NCBI GenBank assembly: GCA_030390025.1
Contig: CM059431.1
Location: 118,050,001-118,114,000 of the forward strand
DNA: 64,000 bases
Direction of reading: 5' to 3'
DNA from: Squalus acanthias
Lineage: Eukaryota
Below the pieces are notes generated by a model. That model was not told the origin of the DNA and ran no database searches. It saw only the letters and a program-made list of their open reading frames with translations. This document shows, piece by piece, positions 23,058 to 35,760 of the stretch. A program made the translations under genes and the position numbers. Position 1 is the stretch's first letter, and every line of letters begins with the position of its first letter.

Positions 23058-23094
23058 GGTTCTGATGAAAGGTCATCGACCTGAAACGTTAACT
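23058..23094 (+). ncRNA. Minimal type-I hammerhead ribozyme (array copy 4, terminal)
   Basis: GGTT-CTGATGAAAGGTCATCGACCTGAAACGTT-AACT; the A>G change in stem I leaves a G-U pair. Confidence 0.83.
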
Positions 23095-23156
23095 CTCTTT
23101 CTCTCTCCACGGATGCTGCCTGGCCTGCTGAGTTTTTCCAGCGTTTTCTGTTGTTA

Positions 23157-25509
23157 TAGAGGGTGAGAAGGTTGCTTCTCAAACAAGCATACTGAGCTTG
23201 AATAAAGGAGACTATGATGGTATGAGAGCAGAATTGATTAAAGTGGACTGGGAAAATAGATTAAAGGGTAAGACGGTACATGAGCAGTGGTGTTCATTCA
23301 AGGAGTTATTTTACAACTTTCAAAATAAATATATTCCACTGAGGAAAAAAGAAATGACAGCCATCCATGGCTAAGTAAAGAAATTAAAGAAAGTCTCCAA
23401 CTAAAAACAAGAACATATAAGGTAGCCAAAGTTAGTGGGAGGATAGAGGATTGGGAAGTCTTCAAAAGACAACAAAAAGTAACAAAAGGATTGATTAAGA
23501 AAGGGAAAATAGACTATGAAAATAAATTAGCAAAAAATATAAAAACAGATAGCAAGAGTTTCTATAGTTATATTAAAAGAAAAAGGGTGGTTAAGGCAAA
23601 CGTAGGTCCATTAGAGGATGAGACCGGGAAATTAATGGTGGGAAACATGGAGATGGCAAAAATGCTGAACAAATATTTTGTTTCAGTCTTTACGGTATAG
23701 GACACTAAGAATATCCCAACACTGGACAAACAGGGGGCTCTAGTGGGGGAGGAGCTAAATACGATTAAAATCACTAAGGAATTGGTACTCAGTAAAATAA
23801 TGGGACTCAAGGCGGATAAATCCCCTGGACCTGATGGCTTACATCCTAGGGTCTTGAGGGAAGTGGCAGTAGGAATTGTGGATGCTTTGGTAATAATTTT
23901 CCAAAACTCCCTGAACTCAGCAAAGGTCCCGGCAGATTGAAAAACTGCTAATGTAACACCCTTATTGAAAAAGGGTTGTAGGCAGAAGGCTGGAAATTAT
24001 AGACCAGTTAGCCTAACATCTGTGGTGGGTAAAATTTTGGAGTCTATTATTAAGGAGACAGTAACGGAACATTTAGATAAACATAATTTAATAGGACAAA
24101 GTCAGCATGGCTTTATGAAGGGGAAGTCATGTCTGACAAATTTGCTCGAGTTCTTTGAGGACATAATGTACAGGGTGGATAAAGGGGAACCAGTGGATGT
24201 AGTGTATTTAGACTTCCAGAAGGCATTCGACAAGGTGCCACATAAAAGATTATTACTCAAGATAAAAAATCACTGGATTGGGGGTAATATTCTGGCATGG
24301 GTGGAGGATTGGTTATCTAACAGGAAGCAGAGAGTTGGGATAAATGGTTCATTCTCGGACTGGCAACCAGTAGCCAGTGGTGTTCCGCAGGGGTCGGTGC
24401 TGGGTCCCCAACTCTTTACAATCTATATAAACGATTTGGAGGAGGGGACCGAGTTTAACATATCAAAGTTTGCAGATGATACAAAGATGGGAGGGAAAGT
24501 AGAGAGTGAGGAGGACATAAAAAACCTACAAGGGGATATAGACAGGTTGGGTGAGTGGGCAGAGATTTGGCAGATGCAATACAATATTGGAAAATGTGAG
24601 GTTATGCACTTTGGCAGGAAAAATCAGAGAGCAAGTTATTATCTTAATGGCGAGAAACTGGAAAGTACTGCAGTACAAAGGGATCTGGGGGTCTTGGTGC
24701 AAGAAAATCAAAAAGTTAGTATGCAGGTGCAGCAGGTGATCAAGAAAGCCAATGGAATGTTGGCTTTTATTGCTAGGGGGATAGAATATAAAAACAGGGA
24801 GGTATTGCTGCAGTTGTATAGGGTATTGGTGAGACCGCACCTGGAATACTGCATACAGTTTTGGTGTCCATACTTAAGAAAAGACATACTTGCTCTCGAG
24901 GCAGTACAAAGAAGGTTCACTCAGTTCATTCTGGGGTTGAGGGGATGGACATACGACGAGAGGATAAGTAGATTGGGACTCTACTCATTGGAGTTCAGAA
25001 GAATGAGAGGCGATCTTATTGAAACATATAAGATTGTGAAGGGGCTTGATCGGGTGAACGCAGTGAGGATGTTCCCAAGGATGGGTGAAACTAGAACTAG
25101 GGGACATAATCTTAGAATAAGGGGCTGCTCTTTCAAAACTGAGATGAGGAGAAACTTTTTCACTCAGAGGGTAGTGGGTCTGTGGAATTTGCTACCCCAG
25201 GAAGCTGTGGAAGCTACTTCATTAAATAAATTTAAAACAGAAATAGGCAGTTTCCTAGAAGTAAAGGGAATTAGGGGTTACGGGGAGCGGGCTGGAAATT
25301 GGACATGAGTTTGAGTTCGGATCGGTCAAGGCCCTGTGGGTGGCGGAGCGGGCCCAGGGGCCGAGTGGCCTGGTCCTGCTCCTACTTCTTGTGTTCTTTA
25401 GAGTTGAGGTTGGATCAGATCAGCCATGATCTCATTGAATGGCGGAGCAGGCTCGAGGGGCCGATTGGTCTGCTCCTGCTCCTATTTCTTATGTTCTTAT
25501 GTTCTTATG
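23157..25509 (+). mobile_element. CR1 LINE ORF2 (RT) and 3' UTR, continuation of 12335-12619
   Basis: 447-aa RT ORF 23965-25308 (NYRPVSLTS, LDFQKAFDKV, GVPQGSVLGP, FADD) with upstream stops at ~23698 and ~23938; (TTCTTATG)n tail at ~25487-25509. Confidence 0.95.
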
Positions 25510-25519
25510 GAACATCTAG

Positions 25520-26256
25520 AGGCATGCCCCATGAGTTAGATTTTTTCCTCACCATCAGCTCAAAAATATTTTGCGCTGCTAATTGCTGGAAGTGCGAGCT
25601 GATAACGGCGCAGCGAGGCTAACGGGGCATCTGGGACCTTGGTGAACAATGGGATAAAGAGCCATCTCCTTAACCAATGAGATTAAAGGATAGAGAAAGA
25701 AATAGAGTGAATGACAGAGAAGAAATTAGAGTGAATTGGAGTCAATTTAGGAACAAAAAAGAGAAATAAAGAGAGGGAAAAAAATATTGGATTAAGAGAG
25801 AGAAAAAAGATACAGAAAGGAAAAGTAATAAAAAAAAATTAAATTTAATATTTAAAAAGCCTCTATTTAAAAAGTCTCATTGTGGCAATTTACTACTTTC
25901 TGCAATGAGACTTTATACTTCCACTTATACCCTTTCTGGGTCTCCGAGGTTGACTGGCATTGCAGGAACATAAATCTCATCATTAAAAGGGTCTTACTCC
26001 GTTAAATACCAGCCCTAACTCTCTATGGTGAGTTTAATTGGTACTTACAGCGGAAATCCAACAATATCTTGACACTCATGGACAGGTTGACGGCGAGCTC
26101 CCGTTTCTGCGAGGGTAACAGCGGAGCGGCACAAATCGTTCAGCAATTCGCAACTCGCACCGTATCCCTTCCTCGCCACAAATTATTGTTTTTTTTGTGT
26201 ACTAATAACAGCGTGCGCATTTAACTCGCCATTATTGTCCCAGCAAATTCTGTGCC
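25520..26256. mobile_element. MITE related (inverted) to 1573-2332
   Basis: Shares the GAGAAATAAAGAGAGGG..GGATTAAGAGAGAGAAAA purine tract (reverse complement of ~1990-2050) and has a terminal CAGCAAATTCTGTGCC. Confidence 0.55.
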
Positions 26257-27409
26257 AATTATTCCTTATTCATTACATTTGCACTCAGGATAGTCGATGT
26301 TGTTGTTTTCCTTTCATCATCAATTATATTGTGTTTACCCCAATGTAAAAGAAAGCTTTCTTATATAGCTTGGCTCCATTTAATCTCAAAATTATTTTGC
26401 AAATGTATTCATAACAGTAATGTAACTGTCAATTTCAGATAGTCACACATTTACTGTCCCTTTTATTTACAACAAGTTCCATTGCTTCTTTTCTCTGTTG
26501 CGGGTTCTTTTTTCTGCTTCATCATATTCTGAGACTCTATATAGCCGGAAGCTCTTTCTCACTTCTTATGTACTCAGACTAATATATCCCATATCCTTTT
26601 AACTCCAGCTATAACAAGCAATGTTATTATCCAAGGTGCACAATTGTAGCATATGTATTAAACAAATACCATTACAAAGCATCCTGCTCTGCTTTTTGTC
26701 ACAACCGGCTGAGTACAAGACCTGTTCCAGCTTCTAAAAGGGGATGAAGAAAAAAGTCATCTTTCCACAAATTGGAGATGACAGATGTCAAGAAATTGTC
26801 AAAAGGATCAGAGGTGAACTACTTTGCGACACCAGAAACAAGGCCCTTGCTGTAGATCCATCCTTCAGTGCTGTCTCAAATCTCTCCAGGGACCAGACAA
26901 AGGCCACATAGAGCAAGCCCTGAAGTCTAAAGCATCCAAAATGTCACTACTCCTTAGGCACAAAGTGTGAAGTCTGGCACTGGACCATTTACAGCTTCTT
27001 CAATGCAATTTCCATGCAAAGTTCCTCTCTGCACTTACTATATCAATTCAGGTCCATATAAAGACTTAAAGCTTAATGTTGATACAGGGTCTCATACTCA
27101 GTCACAGGGATTTTCAGCTAGAGTCAGCTATCAGTTCTATACTGTTCAATATCAGCTGCGACTCAAGTCTGGGAAAGGTACATGTTAAGAGAACAAAGGA
27201 ATTTTTGATAAATGATTGCTGAACTGGCTCTGTGTTTTTTTGCCACTCTCAGGAGATGAGGGGTGGGGCATGGGCTGAATCCAGCAAAAAAATTAGATGA
27301 TGGCCTTTTCTTGTCCTAGGTATATAACATGACATAACATAACATATACATCAAATAGCACTAAGGACTTAGAGCTCATGATGCAGTAAACAACATTAAT
27401 ATTATGGTA

Positions 27410-30169
27410 TGTCGCATCCTGAGTTCCACGCTCAACGCTATGAGCCGCCACATGCACTCTCTCGACCTCTCTCTTCAGCAGCATCGATTCACTCTATCCC
27501 AAAGCTGTCCTGGTCCACAGTTCCATTTCACCTTTCGCCTCATCCGGTGGTTTAACAAAAACTTTTTTTCTTCCTTTCAGGTGTCAAGGAACCTACTTCC
27601 CCTTCACTTTCCTCTGACCCCATCCCATCTTCCAATCTCACCCCCTGCCATGTTTTCATTATCCCCTCTGACCTTCCCCTCTTGGACCCTGAACGATCAG
27701 TCCTCAGCAAAGGCCTCAGCTTCATCCCCTTACACCCCCACCTCAATGAATTTCGAGCTCGGCACGATGCTGAGCTCTTTTACCATTGCCTTTGTCTCTG
27801 TGCCCACTTCTTTGGCCAGGAGACTTCCCTCCGCACAGTAGACCTTTTCTCGATTTCAGAATTCTCGTTCTACCTGGACCCCTCCCCCTGGCCTCTTACC
27901 CTCTCTAGAACTTTTCATTGCTAACTGCCGGCGTGACATCGGCCATCTCCAGTTCTCTGCTCCCCTCACTCACTCCAACCTACCTCCATCTGAACTTGCA
28001 GCACTCCATTCTCTCAGATCCATCTCCAACATTGTTATTAAACCTGCTGACAAGGGTGGCGCTGTTGTTGTTTGGCAAACCGACCGCTACCTTGCAGAGG
28101 CTGAACGCCAACTCTCTGACACCTACTCCTACCTCCCCCTTGACCATGACCCCACTACCGAACATCAAGCCAACATTTCCAAGACTGTCACTGACCTCAT
28201 TTCCTCTGGAGATCTTACCTCCACGGCCACCAACCTCATAGTCCCCAATCCCGCACAATCCGCTTCTACTCCTTCCCAAGATCCACAAACAGGACTGCCC
28301 TGGTAGACCCATCATTTCAGCCTGTTCTTGCCCCATGGAACTATTTTCTTCCTAGCTCAACTCTATTTTTTCTCTCCTTGTTCAGTTTCTTCCCACCTAC
28401 ATCCGTGACTCTTCCGACACCCTCCACCAATTTAACAGTTTCCTGTTTCCTTCCCCAACTGTCTCCTTTTCACCATGGGCATCCAATCCCTCTACACCTC
28501 TATCCCCTACCAGGACAGCCCCACTTCTTCCTTGAACAGAGGCCCAACCTGTCCCCCTCCACCACCACCCTCCTCTGCGTGGCTGAACTTGTTATCACGT
28601 TGAACAATTTCTCCTTTGACTCCACTCACTTCCTCCAAATAAAAGGTGTTGCTATGGGAACCTGCATGGGTCCTAGCTATGCCTGCTTTTTCGTAGGATA
28701 TGTGGAACATTCTTTGTTCCAGACCTACTCATGTCCTCTCCCTCACCTCTTTTTCCATTACATTGATGACTGTATCAGTGCCGTTTCCTGCTCTCGCCCT
28801 GAACTGGAAAATTTCATTCACTTTGCTTCCAATTTCCACGCTTCCCTCACCTTCACATGGTCCATCTTCGAATCTTCTCTTCCCTTCCTTGGCTTCTCTG
28901 TCTCCATTTCTGGGGATAGGCTATTGACAAACATCCACTATAAGCTCACTGACTCCCACAGCTACCTGGACTACACTTCTTCCCACTTCACTTCCTGTAA
29001 GGACTCTATTCTATTCTCCCAATTTCTCCATCTCCTTCCCATCTGTTCTGACAATGCTACTTTCTATACTAGTGCTTCCGATATGTCTTCCTTTTTCCTC
29101 AATCGAGGATTCCCCTCTACCATAGTTAACATGGACCTCGACTGTGTCCATTCCATTTCCCGCACTTCTGCTCTCACCCCTTCCCCTCCCTCCCAGAACC
29201 ACGCTAGGGTTCCCCTTGTCCTCACCTTGCATTCTACCAGCCTTCACATTCAACAGATCATCTCCACTATTTCCACCATCTCCAGCGTGATCACACCACC
29301 AAACACATCTTCCCCTCCCCTCCCCTTTCAGCATTCTGAAGGGACCGCTCCCTTCATGACACCCTGGTCCACTCCTCAGTCACCTCCATTACCCCCTCCC
29401 CTTTCCACAGCACCTTCCCGTGCAAGTACAGGAGATGCAACACCTGCCTTTTTACCTCCTCCCTTCCCACTGTCCAGAGCCCCAAACACTCCTTCCAGGT
29501 GAAACAGTGATTTACTTGTACTTCTTGCAATTTAGTATACTGTATTCGCTGCTCACGATGAGGTCTCCTCTACATTGGGGAGACCAAAGGCAGATTGGGT
29601 GTCCGCTTTGCAGAACACCTCCATTCAGTTTGCAAGTGTGACCTCGTGCTTCTGGTCACCTGTCACTTTAATTCTCCGCTCCACTCCCACTCTGACCTCT
29701 CTGTTCTCGGTCTCTTACACAGTTCCAATGAAGCTCAATGTAAGCTCAAGGAACAGCACCTCATCTTTCGATTAAGCAATTTACAGCCTTCTGGACTCAA
29801 CATTGAGTTCAACAATTTCAGACCATAATCTCTGCCCCTATTTTTTCAGATGGCTGCTGTTGATGATTTCCATTCACACCTCTTCTAGACCCATCTTTTG
29901 TTTCTTTACTTGTCCCATTACCATCTCCTTATGCTTTATACAAACTTTTGTCATTTAAACACTCCTGCCTTCCACCCTATCACAGACCTTCCCTTTAGTT
30001 CTTTCCTCCCTTCCCCACTTTCCCTGCCCCTGCACTTGCTTAAAATCTGTTACATCTCTAACTTTTCTCGTTCTGATGAAAGGTCATCGACCTGAAACGT
30101 TAACTCTGTTTCTCTCTCCACAGAGGCTGCCTGACCTGCTGAGTATTTCCAGCATTTTCTGTTTTTATT
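27410..30169 (+). mobile_element. Older, degenerate near-full-length Penelope-like element with hammerhead tail
   Basis: Frameshifted homolog of the 971-aa ORF. Hammerhead at ~30069-30105. Flanked by TTAATATTATGGTA (27396-27409) and TTAATGTTATGGTA (30170-30183). Confidence 0.93.
30069..30105 (+). ncRNA. Hammerhead ribozyme motif of the degenerate PLE
   Basis: GTT-CTGATGAAAGGTCATCGACCTGAAACGTT-AAC; the core is identical to the array copies. Confidence 0.78.
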
Positions 30170-30764
30170 TTAATGTTATGGTAGCTCAGTGATACCCAGA
30201 CTCTAGTGGCCGATGTACAGTTTTGTTTTGAGTCTGGATCAAATAAACATAAGGACATGATAATATAACAACTATGGCTTCCCCAAGTTCACAAATAGGC
30301 CTGTGACAGTAAATGCTTGCTGCAAATAAGCCAGGAGGGGAAGGGCGTTGTGAAGGCTAAAGAAGGTGAGAGGAATTAGAAAGCAGGAATGTAGAAAAGG
30401 GTTCCAGAGAGTAGGGTAGAGTGGCTTAAAGATCAATTATCAATGGTGAAGCAGAGCAAAAAAAGACAAAAAAAAAATTGCCTTTGGTATAGCTTTAACA
30501 CAGCTTTCAGAAGCAACTCAAAAGGCTTCACATACAAGTGATTACTTGAAGTGTAATGTCTGCTAATTCGGCAAAATGCAGCATTTCTCTTTGCACAGAA
30601 GATCCCACAAACAGCCATGAGATAAATGGCCAGAGGGATTGGAAAACAAGATCAAACTAGTGTCAGATATGCATGCAAGGATTTAAGGTTGGAAACAATT
30701 ACCGAGGTAGGGTGGGATAAGAACATGGAGGGGTTTGAAGGGAGGACAAAGATCTTCAAGTCAA

Positions 30765-33700
30765 CGGTAGCATAGTGGTAATGTTATGTGACCAGTAATC
30801 CAGAGGCCTGGACTAATAATCCGGAGACGGGAGTTCAAAGCCCACCACGGCAACTGGGGAATTTAAATTCAGTTAATTAAATAAATCTGGAATAAAAAGC
30901 TAGTATCAGTAATTGTGACCATGAAACTATCGGATTGTCGTAAAAACTCCATCTGGTTCACTAATGTCCTTTAGAGAAGGAAATCTACCGTCCTTACCTG
31001 GTCTGGCCTATATGTGACTCCAGACCCACAGCAATGTGGTTGACTGCCCTCTGAAATGGCCTAGCAAACCACTCAGTTGTAAAAAAACTGCTATCGAATA
31101 AGAAAAGAAAAGCCAGGCGGACCACCCGGCATCGACCTCGACAACAGCACACCCAGCCCAGTCGACCCTGCAAAGTCCTTGTGCCAAAATTGGGAGAGCT
31201 GTCCCACAGACTAGTCGAGCAATAGCCTGACATAGTCATACTCACAGAATCATACCTTTCAGCCAATGTCCCAGACTTCTCCATCACAATCTGTGGGTAT
31301 GTCCTGTCCCACCAGCTGGAGAGAACCACCAGGGGTGGTGGCACAGTGGTATACAGTCGGGAGGGAGTGGCCCTGGGAATCCTCAACATTGACTCCAGAC
31401 CCCATGAAGTCTCATGGCTTCAGGTCAAGCATGAGCAAGGAAACCTCCTGCTGATTACCACCTACCACCCTCCCTCAGCTGATGAATCAGTACTCCTCCA
31501 TGTTGAACACCACTTGGAAGATGCACTGAGAGTAGCAAGGGCACAGAATGTACTCTGGGTGGGGTACTTTGATAACGCCACTGCTGGCTGAGTCCTGAAG
31601 GACATAACTGCCAGTCTGGGCCTGCGACAGGTGGTGCGAGAACCAACATGAGGGAAAAACCTACTTGACCTTGTCCTCACCAATCTACCTGTCGCAGATG
31701 CAACTGTCCATGGTAGCAGCGACCACCGCACAGTCCCTTGTGGAGACAAAGTCCCGTCTTCACACTGAGGATACAATCCATCGTGTTGTGAGGCACTATC
31801 ACCATGCTAATTGCGATAGATTCAGGACAGATCTAGCAGCTCAAAACTGGGCATCCATGAGGCACTATGGGGCAGCAGCAGAATTGTATTCCACCACAAT
31901 CTGTAAGCTCATGGCCCAGCATATCCCTCACTCTACCATTACCATCAAGACACGGGACCAACCCTGGTTCAATAAGGAGTGTAGAAGAACATGCCAGGAG
32001 CAGCACCAAGCGTACCTAAGAATGTGAAGCCAACCTGAGGAAGCTGCAACACAGGACTACGTGCATGCTAAAAAGCAGAAGCAGCATGCTATAGACAGGG
32101 CTAAACAATTCCATAATCAAAGGATCAGATCAAAGCTCTACAGTTCTGCCACATCCAGTCGTGAATGGTGGTGGACTATTAAACAACTAAAGGGAGGTGG
32201 AGGCTCCATGAATATCCCCATCCTCAATGAAGGTGGAGCCCAGCACGTGAATGCAATAGACAAGGCTGAAGCGTTTGCAACCATCTTCAGCCAGAAGTGC
32301 CGAGTTGATGATCCATATCGGCATCCTCCTGAGGTCCCCACCATCACAGAATTCGATTCACTCAAGAAATGGCTGAGCACACTGGATACAGCAAAGGCTG
32401 TGGGCCCCGACAACATCCCGGCTGTCGTGCTGAAGACTTGTGCTCCATCACTAGCCGTGCCTCTAGCCAAGCTGTTCCAGTACAGCTATAACACTGGCAT
32501 CTATCCAGCAATGTAGAAAACTGCCCAGGTATGTCCTGTCCACAAAAAGCAGGACAAATCCAATCCGACCAATTACCGCCCCATCAGTCTACTCTCAATC
32601 ATCAGCAAAGTGATGGAAGGTGTCGTCGACAGTGCTATCAAGCAGCACTTACTCACCAATAACCTGCTCACTGATGCCCAGTTTGGGTTCCGTCATGACC
32701 ACTCGGCTCCAGACCTGATTACAGCCTTGGTCCAAACATGGATAAAAGAGCTGAATTCCAGAGGTGAGGTGAGAGTGACTGCCCTTGACATCAAGGCAGC
32801 AATTGTGGCATCAAGGAGCCCTAGTAAAACTGAAGTCAATGGGAATCGGGGGGAAAACTCTCAACTGGCTGGAGTCATACCTAGCACAAAGGAAGATGGT
32901 TGTGGTGGTTGAAGGTCAATCATCACAGCCCCAGGACATCGCTGCAGGAGTTCCTCAGGGCAGTGTCCTAGGCCCAACCATCTTCAGCTGCTTCATCAAT
33001 GACCTTCCCTCCAGCATAAGGTCAGAAGTGGGGATGTTTGCTGATGACTGCACAGTGTTCAGTGCCATTCACAACTCCTCAGATAATGAAGCAGTCCATG
33101 CCCACATGCAGCAAGACCTGGACAACATTCAGGCTTGGGCTGATAAGTGGCAGGTAACATTTGTGCCACACAAGTGCCAGGCAATGACTATCTCCAAAAA
33201 GCGAGCATCTAACCACTGCCCCTTGACATTCAACGGCATTACCATCGCCGAATCCCCCACCATCAATATCCTGGGGGTCACCATTGACCAGAAACTTAAC
33301 TGGACCAGCCACATAAATACTGTGGCAACAAGAGCAGGTCAGAGGCTGGGTGTTCTGCGGCAAGTGTCCCACCTCCTGACTCCCCAAAGCCTTTCCACCA
33401 TCTACAAGGCATAAATCAGGAGTGTGATGGAATACTCTCCACTTGCCTGGATGAGTGCAGCTCCAACAACACTCAAGAGGCTCGACACCATCCAAGACAA
33501 AGCAGCCCACTTGATTGGCGCCCCATCCACCATCTTAAACATTCACTCTCTCCACCATCGGCGTACCGTGGCTGCAGTGTGTACCATCTACAAGATGCAC
33601 TGCAGCAACTCGCCAAGGCTTCTTCGGCAGCACCTCCCAAACCCGCAACCTCTTGCACCTAGAAGGACTAGGGCAGCAGGTGCATGGGAACACCACCACC

Positions 33701-33941
33701 TCCAAGTTCCCCTCCAAGTCACACACCATCCTGACTTGGAAGTATATTGCGATCCTTCATCGTCGCCGGTCAAAATCCTGGAACTCCCTCCCTAACAGTA
33801 CTGTGGGAGTACCTTCACCACACAGACTGCAGCGGTTCAAGAAGGCAGCTCACCACTACCTTCTCAAGGGCAATTAGGGATGGGCAATAAATGCTGGCCT
33901 TGCCAGCGACGCCCATATCCAATGAACGAATAAAAAAAAAA
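30765..33941 (+). mobile_element. Non-LTR retroelement (CR1/L2-group-like APE-RT ORF, degenerate) with a tRNA/Pol III SINE-like 5' head and A-rich tail
   Basis: A box TAGCATAGTGG (30768-30778) and B box GAGTTCAAAGCC (30831-30842); then APE (GGGTVVY, ITTYHPPS, SDH) and RT (GPDNIP, NYRPISLL, AQFGFR, GVPQGSVLGP, FADD) fragments; ends ...GAATAAAAAAAAAA. Confidence 0.85.
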
Positions 33942-34449
33942 TTCACTGGAACTTGGAAAGGACGGGTGTTGGGAAAGCAGGAAAATGGGTATGAAGATGT
34001 GACCCTTAATCATATGAATGAGGCTGTAATTTGTGGCAGATGGAGGCAAATTGATAGGAAGGACGGGATTAGAGAAGTTCAGCCTCACCATGATAAAGGA
34101 GCATATTAGGGCTTCAGCAGCAGTGGGAGGAGAGGAAGTGGCAGAGGTAGAAAATGCAACTAAGGTGGAAGCAAGTGAGCTTGGTAAGAGATTGGGGAAG
34201 AAAGCACAGCACATGGTCGAGCAGTTCACCTAGGTTCTGCACCTTTGGACTTAGACTGAGGTGGCAACCAGGGTGATTGAGGAGTCAAGACTAGAGATGG
34301 ATATGTGCTGACAGAAATTTAAAAGAATTACTTAGGTTTTGCTGAGATATTTAGGTTCAATCAGGTTTTAATGCCAGACAGGCAATTTAAGAACGTAACA
34401 ACAGCTTAGGGATCCATGGAGGAGGTAAAAAGGATACGCTTCACCCTGG

Positions 34450-35760
34450 AAAGCAAAGATAAACCTTGGTTTCTTTTCCCCACTACTGACCATCTCCTTA
34501 ATACTCTCCCCCATCCCCTTCACCATCACCTCCAAGCATATGTGACGAGGTCGTGGACTTCTTGTCCATTATTGAGACCATTTATTCAGCAGCCTCTGCT
34601 GATTTCCCCTGTTCTACTTGTTACCAATCCTAACCTTCCCTCAGCCTCCCTCCCTCCCTCGCCCTGAACCCATGGCTCTCTCTAGGTTGTCTTCCCTCTC
34701 CCTGCATACCTTCTCAAAGCTCATCTTGTCTATGAGACTAACCTCTTGCTCCTTTGACCCCATTTCCACTAACTTGCTGACCACCCAACTTCCCTTTGTG
34801 GCCACCATGTTATCTAACATTGTAGATAGTTTTCTCTCCTCAGGTATTGTCCCCTCCCTTTCAAAACTTTCATCATCCTCTCTTCGAAAAAAAGCATCCT
34901 TGATCCCTCTGCGCTTGCAACCTACTGTCCTATCTCCAATCTTCCCTTCCTCTCCAAAGATCTTCAATGTGTTGTTGCTTCCCAAATGCATGCTCATCAC
35001 TCTTGCAACTCAATATTTCAATCTTCCCAATCAGGTTTTCATTACTGCCATTGGAATGGCCCTAACTAAAGTCACAAGTGACATCTTCTGTGACTGTGAC
35101 CATTATGCATTAACCTGTTCAACCACATCAACCTCTGCAACTGTTAAAGTGGTTGACCACAACATCCTCCTCCAATGCTTCTCCTCAGTTGTCCAACTCA
35201 GAGGCACTGCCCTGACTTGGTTCCACTCTTACCTATCTGATGACAGATCCCCTCCAGACGTGACTATTCCAATGTTCTACTTGTATTCTATCCCACACCA
35301 AGTCCCATTCATCCATCACCTCTTTTCCTGCTGACATAAATTGGCTCCCCGTCCCCAACACCTCAAATTTAAAATCTCTTTAAATTTACATCCCTTCATG
35401 GCCTCGCTCCTCCCTATTTATGTGATCTCTTCCACCTCTACAACCCTCCTCCGAACTCTACTACTCTGAATCTGACCTCTTGTGCATCCCACACTCCCTC
35501 CACCCCAACATTTGGAGCTGTGCCTTCAGGCACCTCGGCTCCACACTCTGGAATTCTATCTGTAAACTGCTCCTCCTCGTTCCTTCCTCTCCTCCATGAA
35601 GACCCACATTAAATCACACCTTTTTGACCAAGCTTTTTGTTACTGCTCCTAAGATCTGCTTCTTTGACATTGTGTCCATTTGTTTGATTTTGTCTCTGTG
35701 AAGCACCTTGGACATGTTTCTCATTTAAAGGCATATAGAAATGCAAGTTGTTGTTGTTGC
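34450..35760 (+). mobile_element. Degenerate L2 LINE fragment
   Basis: 'TSCSFDPISTNLL..LSNIVDSFLSSGIVP' and 'VDHNILLQ..GTALTWFHSYLS'; L2-type tail AAAGGCATATAGAAATGCAAGTTGTTGTTG. Confidence 0.8.

Larger units (their letters stand above)
12620..23156 (+). mobile_element. Tandem array of a Penelope-like retroelement (Neptune-like): 5'-truncated unit plus 3 full 3202-bp units
   Basis: Period of exactly 3202 bp (ORF starts 13459, 16661, 19863; next ATG at 23065). Flanked by (TA)GAGGGTGA at 12610-12619 and 23157-23166. Confidence 0.97.

Noticed and set aside
30765..30850. tRNA gene
   Set aside because: A and B boxes are present but I see no complete cloverleaf or terminator; it is the head of a retroelement.
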